DNA from: Chrysomallon squamiferum
Taxonomy: Eukaryota > Animalia > Mollusca
Reading direction: 5' to 3'
Assembly: GCA_012295275.1 (NCBI GenBank)
Contig: CM022672.1
Span: 30,318,001 to 30,382,000 of the forward strand
DNA: 64,000 nt
Shown: positions 42,621-57,528 of the stretch, piece by piece
Layout of the letters: every line of letters starts with the position of its first letter
Position numbering within the stretch: the first letter of the stretch is position 1
The notes under the pieces: generated by a model
What the model was told of the DNA's origin: nothing
Seen by the model: the letters and a program-made list of their open reading frames with translations, nothing else
Database searches by the model: none
Made by a program: the position numbers and the translations under genes

Positions 42621-43136
42621 AATTAATACCATTGCCTTTGACGGTGCAAAAATACAGTGAACATAATTTCATCGACACCGGTATTTTTTTTTTTAAATTT
42701 TTTTTATTTTGTTGACAATGTCTCGATAAACGCTATTGTTAACTGAACGAGATTATAAAATCTAGTCGCTTTCAACTTGGTTTTTAATGGAGTATTTTTT
42801 TTCATGTAAGTAGATATCAACCTATGCTGTTTCCTGTTCCACTCAATATCGCTGTGCCTATTTATCTCCGGATATGGTTTCCTGTCTTTGGAAATGCGCT
42901 TGTAAAAGGTTCTTTTGTTAATCGATAAAGAATAGTTAATCCACTGGGTATGCTGCTATATTTTATTTACTTTCTTTCGTTCTTTCTTTCTTCTTTTCAT
43001 TATTTATTTATTTATTGTCAGGGATGTCTTACTTTAAAAAATGTTCGCATGGTTATTAACCGTTTAACATAAGAATATGTGCGATAAAGAAAAACGTATA
43101 TAAACTTCTACATCTTTGATAATTATGAAGTTATTA

Positions 43137-43217
<81 letters not shown>

Positions 43218-43542
43218 GTGCGTGTAAATATGCGCCAGATCTTGCACTCACATGCACACGTGCATTCATACTCTGTATTCATACATGACATATATATAAC
43301 ATTGTTTTAAACACAAACACGGACACACCATTTTGCGAATACATGTACTTACATTAAATGGTGACAGTATTAATGATAATTGCACTATTAATACAGGTAA
43401 AATATATATCTGCTGAATATTTCGCTTGCTGTTAGATGAAATGACAGAATCAGAAAATAAATAAATAAACAAAATAAAAATAACTATAAAAATAAATAAA
43501 TAAATAAACAATAATAAAAAATACTAGTACTACTACTACTAC

Positions 43543-43620
<78 letters not shown>

Positions 43621-43945
43621 CAAATACGTATCTTGTTTGTTTCTTCTAAAAAAGTTAAATCGTAAATCTCCTATCAGAGACAAAATTTAAAAACAAACAC
43701 TCTAAAGAAATGGAAAACAGCTAAATATCTTTATCAAACGCTAAGCAAATAATAGGAAACGTCACACGAACACGCCATTTTTCACGTATGTACACAATTT
43801 ATTTTCGAGGAAGAGACTGACTGGGCAGACCTGTATAATGCCCTTCAGTAATCTTTTTAAATAAACATGACTCATAGTTATTATTGTTATGTTTTAGTCA
43901 TATGATTGATTAATTAATTCATTGTTGTTGTTGTTATTATTGTTA

Positions 43946-44022
<77 letters not shown>

Positions 44023-44150
44023 TAATCAGCGTTTCATTTCAAATAATTTGTATGGTTGGAGGTCCTAAGTAAAATTTATATTATGATAGGAGTATGATCA
44101 AGTATATAGCATAATTATAGGCATTTATACGCTATGTGTGTGTGTGTGGT

Positions 44151-44181
<31 letters not shown>

Positions 44182-44321
44182 TACTGACGAGGGTGTGAAT
44201 CACTGCCGTCAATTATTCATCTCCACTGAAATATCTCTCCGAATCGATCATGGAAACGCACCAAAGCGAAGTTTGCTGTCTGTGTAAGACAGGGTCAATA
44301 CTGAAATGTCAATACTGAAAA

Positions 44322-44401
<80 letters not shown>

Positions 44402-44822
44402 GGGTTGGAGGGAGGGGGCCTATAGTAATCTTATACGTGTCTAATTAGATATATACGATCCAGTTACACACCTGTCTTAAATCTCCTGACTTAAACATGG
44501 TGCGAATGTTTCTGATCTTTAAAATTAATTAATTTTACACTCAGTCAGGGCGGATGTATGTTCTATCTATGTCACTGATATCAGACTATATATGTATAAG
44601 TTTAGCTCAACAATATATTTTATTATAATTAAATATCGAGTCAAACCAATAACCATGCTTCTGTCACCAGTGTTTATGAAAAATAAACATGTGTTTTAAT
44701 TTACGGTGAAAACTGATCTGAATTACTTGTAATCTGAAGACGAATAGAAAATTAAAAACATGACTACTGGGGTCCAATATTATGATTCTGTGGTGCAAAC
44801 AAAATACTCGGAAAAGATAAGG

Positions 44823-44861
<39 letters not shown>

Positions 44862-45156
44862 ATATGTGTTTATAATGTGAACTCTTTCAGATATGAGAAA
44901 GGAAAGAAAATAACAACAACAACAGTTAACAAAGCAAAAATAAAAAAATAAAAAATAAATAATAATAACAATCTATTAAATCGTTATCCCATTTGTTTTA
45001 CTTGTCAGATGTTATTCGTATGCTTTTTAACAGTTTAATTTGAAGAAGAGAGACAGACAGACAGACAGAAACACAGGAACAAACAGAGATACGAAGTCAT
45101 TATTTGAAGGATTTTTTCTTTTCATTTCTTTTTCTTTCTTTCTTTCTTTCTTTATA

Positions 45157-45187
<31 letters not shown>

Positions 45188-45247
45188 TTGCAAAAGAAAA
45201 AGAAGAAGAAGAAGAAAGAACTGCCACAAACCCTCACCAAAAAAAAC

Positions 45248-45286
<39 letters not shown>

Positions 45287-45598
45287 TTGCCACACTAACA
45301 CAGTTTAACTAGATAACATTCCTTCAATTACTAGAACATATCTTATTTCCCATTCAAACTCACCGTCACGCGAAACAACGGGTTATGACGGAATGGTTGT
45401 CAGTCAGAAACCAGTCATGAGCAGACGACATTTAAAACCCCAGAGAAGGAACACGTGAACTAGTGAACGATTGACACGGTTATTGTAAAACGTGACGAGG
45501 CGTGTTCTTCTTGTAGGCGCATGCAGACAAGTCATTTCACGTGGGCTGAGTTTTCATATCGTCATCTGGACACAGTCCAGAGAAGAAGACAGAACAAA

Positions 45599-45616
45599 AT
45601 GTGCATGGCTGTCGGT
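45599..45616 (+). CDS. Candidate alternative first coding micro-exon (MCMAVG) of the ASB-like gene
   Basis: ATG TGC ATG GCT GTC GGT|gtaagt, phase 0, compatible with acceptor at 49243; lies at the end of a CpG-richer promoter-like patch (45360-45620). Confidence 0.35.
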
Positions 45617-45820
45617 GTAAGTTATCGCAATTATTTTAAAATATTTTATTTTTCGCTGCTTTCATTTAATAGATAAAGTTATAGTATCTATCATTACTGT
45701 TATTTAATAGTACTCTTTTTTTTTTATTAACAACAAAATTGTATACTAATCTATGGTTTATATAGATATATATATATATCAGTATAAAGTGTTGTTGTAT
45801 ACATTATATCATGTTAGTAT

Positions 45821-45937
<117 letters not shown>

Positions 45938-48055
45938 ATAACAAAAAATACCATTCTGGAAACTGATAGACCTGTTTACATTCATTTAGGCTGCTAAACA
46001 ATTAAAAAGTTAGACCGGTACTTATTTGTATTCATTCTAAATGTTGCCATTGCTGACATAATAACGAATATGGGTCGATTAACTAGAGTACAATATTACA
46101 TTCAAAATTTGATAATGTTAGTCATTACAGTGTTTTTCTGACTGTTATTCTGTTTTATGTTACGCTTATTGACACCAGTTTGTCAGTGTTTATAATAATT
46201 ACTCATTCCGTGTCCTTTATCGATATACAAATTATTGTTAGCTAAGACTACAGTAAAGACTAATATCTTTATTGCTTAGAATACCTTAATAAATGAGTTA
46301 CCATGTTGCCATATTATTATTTATTCAATTTATTGTTGTTGTAATTGTTTTATTTCTTCTTTATTATTAATGTGTTTTATTTCTTCTTCTTCTTCTTCAT
46401 CTTCTTCTTCTTCTTCTTATTATTATTATTGCTGTTGTTGTTAATTTATTACTACCATTAATTTTATTTTTCCTTATTTATTTATTTACTTATTTATTTA
46501 TTTATTTATAATATGTTTTAATCTGAAGACGTTTGAAATCTGCAGAGTACAAGGAACATTGTTAATTAATTTTGTATTTCGTCTCTTCCTGGTTTTGTTA
46601 CTCTTCCTGATTTCTTGTGTTGGATGATGTGTGAAATATTTATAGTATCACAACCGTAATAATCAAAATAGAAACAGAACAAAACAAATGTGTAAATTCC
46701 ACATCACGAGCTACGTTTCGTGTCTTCCTTTCTTTCCTTTTTTCTTTTTTTATTCAGAAATTTTTCTACCTAGGATTTTGTCCATGATGAAAAACTGTTT
46801 GTAAGAATAAAATAACTTTAAAATCTTCATACGGTATATGTTAGTGTGCACATATGAGTTTTTTTTTTATTTTTATTACGATGTAAAATGGTAACTACCT
46901 TGTTATTACTATATAGAACTATATGAATATAATCTAGATACAATATCCGTTTAGTATATCATGAGGTATATAAAGTGTATGGTGCAGTGTCTGTTGTGAT
47001 AAGGTGTGATACGGCTAGCATTAGAAATAGCATATAACAACGGTATATATATGTATAAACACACACACACACACACATATATAAAGACATTAAACTACAT
47101 ATATGGTTTAATAGGATTGACGTGTCACGATATGGTATTAAGTAGCAAAGCACGGTACATTGATTTGTATGGTGTGATACACTATGGCATGAAGATACAG
47201 TACCATACAATGTTTTCAAAAGTTCGTAGTCAAGATGGTACTAAAATTAAGATACCATGTTAGATATTAATGGTATAAGATATTTCATAAACTGTGATGG
47301 TATAAATGAAATATCAATCATAAATAATAGCTATGTCATTTACAGTTGAAATTTAATCATGGTAGCCTGGATAGGTAGCCTGGACATCTTAGACGAATAT
47401 CATGTTAGAGGATTTAGTTATTAGTTACAAAGCTGTTATTTATTGTTTCTGTTACACGCAGTCGGCTGTTCGAGTCCGAGATCTCAATTCAGTGGTTCTG
47501 CCCATTTGTAGACAATCTGTCAATCACTGTTATGTTAACTTGTTTACAGATGCATTCATAATTTCCCTGGAAACTCAATCCGTGCAGACTTAGCTGACTA
47601 ATACCCTATTACGTTATATACTGCACGGATTATCCGGTACAGAATGTATCTGGCTAATCGCATACGGAATGTTTGTAATGCTGAGTGTAAACTGCACGTT
47701 ATAAAAGCGACGGAATTTCAATAGTTTGATAAGAGAGATCGATAAAAAGCGACATACGGAAACAAGGTAGGCTAAACACCGATTTAAACTACATTAGTTA
47801 AAGTATGTATTAAAGTTTGTTTTGTTTAACAGCTACGATATACTTTGATTGATTGGTTTTATCTGGCTGTCAGAGACAAATATTTGTGTAAGGAAACCGC
47901 TATAAAGAAAGCTGATTAATTTACATGTAGGAAAGATAAAAGGACTAGAATGTTTTGATTAATTAGTGTGTATATGTGTGTGTGTTTGTCTGAAACGTAA
48001 ACATTTATAACTTATTTAAATATAGTTCTAAACATAAAAGCTAATTTGATATTGT

Positions 48056-48140
<85 letters not shown>

Positions 48141-48625
48141 AAAAACATGAAGAAAGACAGAAATTGAAAAAAAAATCGGAGACAGAAAAAAAGAAAATAG
48201 AACAGTAAAGTGTATTATTAAAAAAAAAAAATGAAAAGTATATTTTTTCACCTGAGGTCAAGCATATCGTATAAATTAATTTTGATATCTAACGTGTAAG
48301 TGGCATTTACGATTGAGTACGGTCCTGTAGAACCTACGCTGTCAGGCAAAACCAGATTATATAGGTGTACTATATATGTCTATGTACATTGTAGACAAAT
48401 AAAAGAACACCAAACACAGGTTAACAACAACCCTGAAAAGGTAGATTATACACTAGCTATTATTTCAGAATTAATTTCCATTTCGAGAGGCATTTGAAAA
48501 TGACTAATGTCCTTTTTATGCGCAAAGTTTCGCTGTTAACAAACGGAATCGTATGCACCGCGAAAACAGGCGACAGTAACATAGAAAACGCTAAACCTCC
48601 CTCTCGCTCTCACTAAGTTGTTACG

Positions 48626-50093
48626 ATGTCTGATACTAGCAGCAGTCAGTCAAATCTCGTCTGTCCCGAGGTTTGTGTTGTTTGTTTATTTGTTTTGGTA
48701 TATACAAAATATATCTCTTTATTTATAACTTCTTATAATTTCTTTTTCTTCTTTTTCGATCATTTTAATTTTTTTTTTTTTTTTTTTTTGTCGTCATTAT
48801 GTTTCTTTTAAGATAATTTTTTTTTATTATTTATTCATTTTTTTAATTTTTTTTATATTTTCGTTTCTTCATTTTGTTTTGTCGTTATTAGATTTTTGTT
48901 TACTTATTCAAATTAAAATGTGATTCACATAAATGTCCATTCAGATAATGAATTAATCAAATTTATTATCTTATTATATTTTAGGGATAGACAGAACAAC
49001 AACAACAACAAAAACACATAATTTATATATATAGATTTATATTTGAATATAATTATAATCTTTGATATACCAGTCTTGGGGGATATGGGTTAGAACGGGA
49101 AATATTCATCGCCGACCGTATAATCAATTTTTACATTTAAATATAATTTTAACTTTATTTACTTACTTATTTACGTACTTACTTACTTATTTCAATCACA
49201 CAACATGGAACAGTACATTATTTATTTATTTATTTATTTCAGTTACAAAACATGGACCTGGACAAAATCGACCCCGAGGCGTCCACGCAGTGTGCGATGT
49301 CGTCGTTGTGCTGGTGCGTGGAGAACAGCGACAGCGACGTGTTAAAACTGATTCTTTCAACTCACTTCAAAACACACAAAATCACAGACTTTCAGCGAGA
49401 ATCCCTCCACATCTTGAAGCGAGCGGTAACCAAGGGCAACGGCGATCTTCTTCAGCTTCTCTTAAATCACTCAGACTGGGACTTCCTCGTCAGCGACTCC
49501 GTCGACATACACGGCCGTCGTCGTAGCATTCAGAAAAGTTTACTCGGCATGGCTGTTGACGCTGGTAACAGAGATATCACGGAGATGCTGCTGTTGCTTA
49601 AAGACGCCATGATGAACGACTCATACCGAGGCAAGCCTCTTATTCATCTGGCCTTGGTCAAAGGTCACGTGGAACTCGCAAAACGATTGGTGGATTTGGG
49701 TGCTGACGTCAACATCACAGACATGCAAAACGAAACTCCACTGTTTGCAGCCATACGTTCCAGTATGACAGAAAACGAGGTGAGAAGATAATTTTGAAAA
49801 TTAATTTACTTTGTTTATCGTTTTATGTATGTATGTATGTTTGTATGTAGGTATGTACGTTTGTGTATGTGTATGTGTGTGTATATATGTGTTGTGCATA
49901 TCATGGCCGTAATTAGACTCTTTTTGAAATGAAGCAAAAACTGATGTTTTGAAGTCAGATATGAGTTACGTCTTTCATTGCAACAATGTCAGTAGACTTC
50001 GAACGGTAACCGTAGACTAAACAATTCATTCAGTGGATATCGTTTCTATCGGAACAGAAATTTATATTTTATATTTTTAAAATAAAATCTTTG

Positions 50094-50136
<43 letters not shown>

Positions 50137-50630
50137 CAAAAAATAATAATAAAAAAAGATCTTAAAACAAATCGTCAATTTCGGTATTTGCCTTAGTGTA
50201 CTTACGGCCATGTAGGTTTGTGTCTACCTTTTTGTGTGCTAAATTAATTCATTTTACTGTCATTTGTGTCATCAAAATGCCTCAGTTGAGATCTGCATTG
50301 TAGTGTACAGCCAGACTGGAATATTGATGTCTCTACATACAATACATACAATATTGTGTGCTAACCAATGAAAAAAACAGTTATACTGGATATGTATTCA
50401 GTGGCAAATTGGTTATAAAATTTTGAGCGGGAAATTTTTTGTTAAGAGCATGTTATGTCACCCGAGTGACAAATCGTGACGTAACTAAGCCCCAGACAAC
50501 AACAACAACAACAACCCAACAACAACAACAACAACAATAATAATAATAATAATAAAGCCTACTTAATCTCAAGAAACGAAAAAAAAAAATAAAATAAATA
50601 AAAAGATAAAAAAAATAAAATAAAATAAAA

Positions 50631-50673
<43 letters not shown>

Positions 50674-51965
50674 ATTCTTATTTAATTCTAGGAATCTACG
50701 CCAAATTTTCCACTTTTTTCCACCTGTTTTTCATATCGACCTTAAACTAAGGGGCTCATCGTGAAATGTCACAGCATCCAGGTAGATCAGGTTCTCCCTC
50801 TGCCTGTCTCAGACGTGAGGACTAAAAACACACATAAGACTGAGCCTTTTAATAATTCAAACATAATTAAATAAAGACGCTGAAAGCCTTTTTTTTTTTT
50901 TTTTCCCTCCGGCATGTATGTTTTAACACATGCACACAAGAACACACATTTGTTTAAATATGTCAGCTTATAGAAAGAATAAACTCGTTTTCTACACTCT
51001 TGTGGCTGGAAGAACATACCATGCATATCTGTATTAAGTAGTTCTGCAGATCTAGCTTGAACGAATATAGCATATTATAAGAAGCGGCAAAATTTGATCC
51101 AGTGACCAAATACGCCTTCGCTTTGACTCTTAGTAAACACAGCTGTTGCCCTACTTTTTTTCTTCTTTTTTTATGAATTACGTTTAATTTTCAGGTTCTT
51201 CTTCTTTTTTCTTTTCGTTCTTTCTTGCGCTCTTTCGCTCTTTCCTTCTTTCCTTCTTCTTCTTCTCTCTCTTTTATTATTATTATTATTATATTAAATA
51301 CGTTTTTTCGACTATAAAATATATTGAAAGAAAAACATATTCAGTAATTCTGAATTATTTTGTCCTTTCAGAAGGTTGAAGCAGTGAGATGGCTGATTGA
51401 AAGAGGAGCGGACATTTCACACAAATCAAACTCGGACAAACAACCCGTCCACTCCGCCGCGGCTCACTCTTCTGCCTGCATCGCCTCGTTATCACAAGCA
51501 GGATGTGACGTCAACGCAAGGGAGGCCACTCAGGGAAACACTCCTCTCCACATCGCTTGCAGCCGATCAGAAATGGCGGCCGTTTCCAGCCTCGTTAGAC
51601 ACGGTGCTCAGATAAACTGTAGTAACGATTTACAGCAAACTCCCTTGCACAAGTTACTAGAACACGCGTGCAACCCACACGACTTTCATGCCAAAACGCG
51701 CAGATCAATGGCGAAAGTTTTAATTTCCAGTGGGTTTAGTTTGTCAGGCCACAGACAGCAGAGACAGAGGAGCGGAATAGACAAAGTGTATCAGCTTCAC
51801 CGCACGTTGGTGGCTGCTCAGAGTGACAAAGTTAAAACACTACAACACGTGTGCTGGCTACAGGTGAGGGCTCACCTGCCAGGTGTGTTTTTTGAAGAAA
51901 GTCTTTCGTCTCTGGAATTACCCAAACATTTACGTGAATATCTACGTTGCGCACCAAATCTCTGA
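48626..51965 (+). CDS. Ankyrin repeat and SOCS box protein (ASB-like Cullin E3 adaptor)
   Basis: Core exons 49243-49779 (ATG 49252; donor GAG|gtgaga) and 51372-51965; probable in-frame first exon 48626-48670 (MSDTSSSQSNLVCPE|gtttgt). Ankyrin motifs GKPLIHLALVKGH, NETPLFAAI, GNTPLHIAC, QQTPLHKLL; SOCS box TLQHVCWLQVRAHL...LELPKHLREYL. Confidence 0.9.
49902..50212. mobile_element. Putative MITE (non-autonomous DNA element), ~311 bp, in the ASB-like intron
   Basis: Terminal inverted repeats CATGGCCGTAATTAGACT ... AGTGTACTTACGGCCATG (16/18 match); no clear TSD and no coding capacity. Confidence 0.55.
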
Positions 51966-54746
51966 GCCGTGCACTTTTGTTCATTTACCAAATATAATCA
52001 CCATGCATATGAGATTGGGTAAAAAACAACAACATGATAATGATTTTTTTGTTTTTGAAACCAGAAAATAAGACGGAGGAAATTTATTATAAAAACTGAA
52101 ATTAAAATTCAAAAATACCCCCCACCAAAAACAAGAAGAAGAAGAAGAAGAACAACAACAACAACAAAAACAAACAACAACAACAAAACAAAACAAACAA
52201 ACAACAACAAAAAATAATCCCAACAACAAACATTTCCTCCGGCACCAAAAAGAGAAAAGAATTTCGGATTTAATTCAGTAGTATTATAATTCTAGTCAAT
52301 AGGTCAAACATTAAATAAAAAAATATATAAAAAAATAAAAAATAAAATAAAAAATAAAAAAATAAAATAAAAAAAAAAAAGAAGAAGAAGAAAAATAATA
52401 AAAATTCTGACAAGCAAACTTTTAAAATTCATTTTCTTTCCCCAAACCCTTTTTCATTTCAGTTCTGAGGAAAGTCGCTTCGATTTCATTACAAAATTCT
52501 ACGTTGTCCGTCTTTGTACAGAAATTTATGTATTTGAACTTAGAACGTAGTGCGTTATTGACGGTTTTCTTTTTCTTTTTCTATTTTTTTTACCCTTTTC
52601 TTTTCTTTTTAATCATTTTATTAATTTTTAACTTAGACTGTAGTCCCTTTTTAAAAAAAAAATCTATTTATGCAGAATTTTAAATGTACATTTATAACGA
52701 TCATAGCCGATATATTTCTGCTTACTATGAATGACTTTTTTTAGTGGTTTATTTTTTTCTTCTATTTATTTTGCTTTTCGCATATTCGTGAAATCTGTAG
52801 TTTGTTGATTAAATATATATATTATTAATTATTTATTATATATTTTTTTATTTATAATTTAAAATTATAATTCTTTTTTATATAATTTTTATATAATTAA
52901 TTATTATTTACTTCTTTATTTTTATTTTTATATAATTTACTATTATTTATTTTATTATTATTATTTTTTAATACTTTTTTTTATTTATAATTAATAATTT
53001 ATTTTATTATTGTTATTTTTAAATTCAAAAACAGAAGAGTAATTAAACTTGTGCATTAATCTTCCAGCGAAGTAAACAAAAGGAAGTCACAGGGTTTAAT
53101 TTATTTATTTATTTATTAAAAAATTATTTAGCTTTGAGTAAAAAAAATATTTAAAAAAATCATTATTCAAGTTTAATTTTACTGCATAGTGGACATAAAA
53201 CGACCGGCTTCAGAAAAATATCTAAACAACAAACAAACTAAACTGACTTTCATTATTTTTTTAATTTTTATATACAGTCCTAATTTTTTTAATATTATTG
53301 ATTTCATTAGAAACTGTTTTCTGTTTGTTTAGAGGACTTTGATTTCAAGAGAGTCGGTTATATTTTTTTACATTCATTTATTTTTTTAAAAATCTTTTAA
53401 ATTAAATTAAAAAATTTTGGTTTAGAGTACTTTAATTTCAAAAGATTCAGTTACATTATTTAAATTAAATAACTTTTTTTCCTCCCGAAATCTTTTATCT
53501 TAAATAAAAGGTTATAAACGGAATTCTGTGTATTTTTTACTTTATCACGAAAAAACCCCCAAGTATCCACCAATGAAACAGTTATTATTGAAAAACAGAA
53601 AATCGGAGAATAACATATATATGTTCCCTATATGAATATCATAAACATAAATCGTAGCAGATTTTAGTCTGTCCGAAAACCAGTATTTTTGTAGACAGTT
53701 TCAGCGACAAGATTGTTAAAATGTAATATTTAACCATATATATATATATAAACAGAGAGAGCGATGTAATGTATCGTTTTAAAATAGTTTTTTTTTTTGC
53801 CTACATTTCTGTCCGTATATATATATATATATATATACTGATAAGGAAAAAGAACAAACAACAACAATAAAAATGAACAGATTTCTTTTAATTACCAGAA
53901 TAAATTACACAACGTATGTACAAAATAATAACAATGATGAAGACACATCACTTACAGCCCCACATATTTACAGATGGGGGGGTTCCAAAAATCCCCCCCC
54001 AGACACTTTACCTGTATAAAAGGTCTGGCGCCTGTGTCATTGTTGATGAATATTTACAAACATGTATACGTCAAAATGCTTAATCCCAGTGTACACAAGA
54101 CTTTCAAAACGAAAACATTGTTTTGGTGATTGTGTTAAGAGAGGATTCGGTCTCCCCCCCACCTAGACTCCTCTGTATCCGCCACTGCAGTAACAAACAC
54201 TGTCACGTGATCCTAGAACAGACAGACACGCAAGGTAAGGCGCCAACAGTAAAACAATTATGATGAAGGAAGAGTTATTTCCCTTCCTTTAGCGTAATAA
54301 AAATGTAGATGTGAGTTGAAATTGTTTTCGTTCATTAGAAACGACTTATAATTCGAGTCACTGGGCGTATTAAAATTTATATGTAAGTAGAATTATAATT
54401 ATTAAAAAAAATATTTCAAATTTGCGTCATTTGTATTAAAAATTTAAATACGATTATTTCAAGTTCGCGTCACTTATTTTTTTTTTTTTTTCGTTTCTTG
54501 ATTTCATTCTCAGTTCACATTGTGTTTGAAACGATTGTGAATTAACATTATTCCTAGAAACTGTTGTTTCTTTATTCCTAGTAAATTATACAATTTTAAT
54601 TAGAATTTTTCACAGAATTTATTTATCGTTGATTAGTGTTTCTAGAATTTATTTATTTGCTTCATTTAAAATTCTCTTTGACTATGGTCCCTAGAATTCA
54701 TTCTGAATTTATTTTTTAAATCACGTTTAATAGATTGATTTAAAAT

Positions 54747-56944
54747 TCACGTCATCTGAGGCACACTAGAATTGATTCGCGTCACGCATTCGTATCCGTT
54801 CGACTTGGCAAAACTGTAGTTAGTCCCCGTCCCCGCGTGAGAAGAAAATCCGCCATTTTTGTTCATCCTCAGACACTTCTTGAAGGCCTTGCGAAACTTC
54901 TGCGTGAGAAAATATTGTAAATGAGCGGATTTCCCGCGCTGTTGACGTAAATCAACAACCTGACGAAGGCCATCAGGTTGGTCAAGTGTTCCACCTCGAG
55001 TCGACCTATCTCCTCATTCGGCGCAAACACCATCCACAGTGCGACGATTCTGAAGGGAAGAAGACACACAAAGAAGAGAACAATGATCCCAATGAGCATG
55101 CTCACCAGCTGCGTCCGGGAACTGTTCACCTGCACTTTGGAAGATTCTTTCCCTTGTCCGTGCATGGAATTTCGTCAGCACTTTGTAGATAATGACGGTG
55201 TAAATGTACACGAGGATCACGAGCGGGATGACGAAGAACGACGTAAAAGTAAGCACGATGTAGACTTTGTGCCAGGTGTGTATGATTGGCGTGATGCAGA
55301 TGCTGACGAGCTTCTGTTCCACCAGGTGGAACTCTTCCGCCGTGTGCGCCATCTGGAGGAAAGGGGAGGTAACGCTGATGACGAATACCCACAGCGCGGC
55401 CATCACTATCAAGGTTTTAGTTTTGCTGCCTCGCGAGTACGCTTCCAGCGGCCGGCAGACGGCGTTGAACCGTCCGAAACTGACCAGCAGGATGATGAGG
55501 ATGGACGCGTGGGTGACGAGGTTCTCCAGAAACGCAACAAGTTTACCTGAAAGTATTAAACACACGTTATAACGACGACAACAATACGTTAAACCTGAAA
55601 GTATTAAACACACGTTAACAACGATAACGACGACAACAACACGTTAAAGCTGGAAGTATTAAACACACGTTAACAACGACGACAAAAACACATTAAAGCT
55701 GAAAGTATTAAACACACGTTAACAACGATAACGACGACAACACGTTAAAGCTGAAAGTATTAAACACACATTAACGACGACAACGACGACAACAACGCGT
55801 TAAAGCTGAAAGTATTAAACACACGTTAACAACGATAACGACGACAACAACACGTTAAAGCTGGAAGTATTAAATACACGTTAACAACGACGACGACAAC
55901 AACAATACAACAACATTTTAAATTTGAAGAAAAGATTTAAAAATAAATACGATTCAAACAAAAGCTTAAACTCACTGTACAACTATATATCCTTAACACA
56001 CTTGCACCAAACATTCATTAAGAGTTCTAGTTGGAAATGGATAGAGATGAAAAGAAATGTCGAGGAATGTGGATCACTCGATTCGAGATTTGTGTTTTTC
56101 GAAACTCATGTAAAATATTTCTAGTGATTAATGTGCAATATAATTGTATTTTTGTTCCAGTGTTTGGATGTAGATAATATGTGGATGCTCGGATAATGTT
56201 CCGGAAAAAGCCGACAATGGTAATGTTCCGGATATAGCCGATCATTAATGACCAAGAAGAAGCAAAAGAAGAAAATAAAATAGAAATTGAAAATTAAAAG
56301 TTAAAAGCAGCTTCCTTCATCAAACCGTATAATAAACGACAAAAACAAAGTAATGATTGACACGATACTACAAAATAAGAATTAAAAAATAAAAATAAAA
56401 TAAACATTTCTGAAATAATTAACAAGATAATTAACTGGCCAAAAGGTGACCCTCAGAATGTGGATCATATGTGGCCAGATAATTGAGCTAACTGAGAGGT
56501 AGTGTTATTGTGAATACTTTAAGATGGAATATAACAGTGTTGGTATCATTGCTTTACAAATAATAAAGTTAACTGTTTCCGTCGACACGTCACACGACAG
56601 TACTTACACATGAACTCTCCGAGCACCCATTTCTGTTGTCCATAAAATTCCAACATGGCGGCCGGCTGACAGATGAGGAGAACGAGCAGGTCGGCTATGC
56701 TGAGGTTCATCAGACAGAAATTCGTCGCCGTCTTCATCTCCTTCACCCTGGCGACTACGACGATGACCAGGACGTTGCCGAATACACCAAGCGCGAAGAC
56801 AATCACGTTGGCAATGGTAACCCATGCCAGGGAGTATATGGGCGTGGTAGCCAAAGTTCCGTTGGAGAAGCCGCTGACGTTACCGGCTCCCAGGCTGCTG
56901 CCGTTGTAAAATTCTGAGTTGAACGTCACAGTCGAAGATTCCAT
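54747..56944 (-). CDS. Class A neuropeptide GPCR, ecdysis-triggering-hormone-receptor/TRHR-like; two apparent frameshifts in exon 2
   Basis: Exon 56944-56608 (N-glycosylation sites, GVFGNVLV, TNFCLMNLSIADLLVLLICQP, WVLGEFM) splices T|GT to exon 55546-54747 (CKLVAFLE...HASIL; FFVIPLVIL; FFVCLLPFRIVALW; YVNSAGNPLIYN; helix 8 QKFRKAFKKCL). Frame changes near 55170 and 54904; stop TGA 54749-54747. Confidence 0.88.
55546..55900. repeat. 48-55 bp tandem array (7 copies) containing the GPCR exon 2 acceptor
   Basis: CTGRAAGTATTAAAYACAC at 55547, 55595, 55650, 55699, 55751, 55806 and 55861. Confidence 0.9.
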
Positions 56945-57488
56945 ATCGAGACGATTAATGGATATTTCAACAATCTGAAAAACAAAAATAAAATTAAGTG
57001 TGTTAGGTAATTATCACTCTTTAAACAATCCAAAGGCAATAAATTTTTACTGGCTATATGAGCCAATTCCATTGAACTGTCTAAACAAAAAGAATACATT
57101 ATACTGTGAAGCATCACAGACAAAACAATGTACACGACTATCAAAGAAAAGGAGAAAAAAACTATCTAATGTACGAAAGATGATATATGTGTATAACGGG
57201 TGCAAAATTACACAACACTAAAATGTTGACAGACTGTAACAAATTAAAATTATAAGGCAGTAAAATGTATAGAGTTTTGAAATAGAGAAGAAAGAAAAGA
57301 CATTACGATTTATCTTATAAGGAGAATAATGGCGTAGTAATAATGGAGTAGCGTAGGTTTCAAGCGCCTGGTGCACGGTAAACAAAACGCCCGGGGCAAC
57401 CGTCTCTGTGTCAGGGGCAACACTAAGCTATGTGTGAAGGAAACAAAAATCTATCTATCTATCTATCTGTCTGTCTGTCTGTCTGTCC

Positions 57489-57528
<40 letters not shown>

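Noticed and set aside
53970-54190. GC-rich ends (GTCTGGCGCCTG, GTATCCGCCACTG) resembling MITE termini; similar patch at 57330-57420
   Set aside because: No matching partner TIR or TSD found; too degenerate to call.
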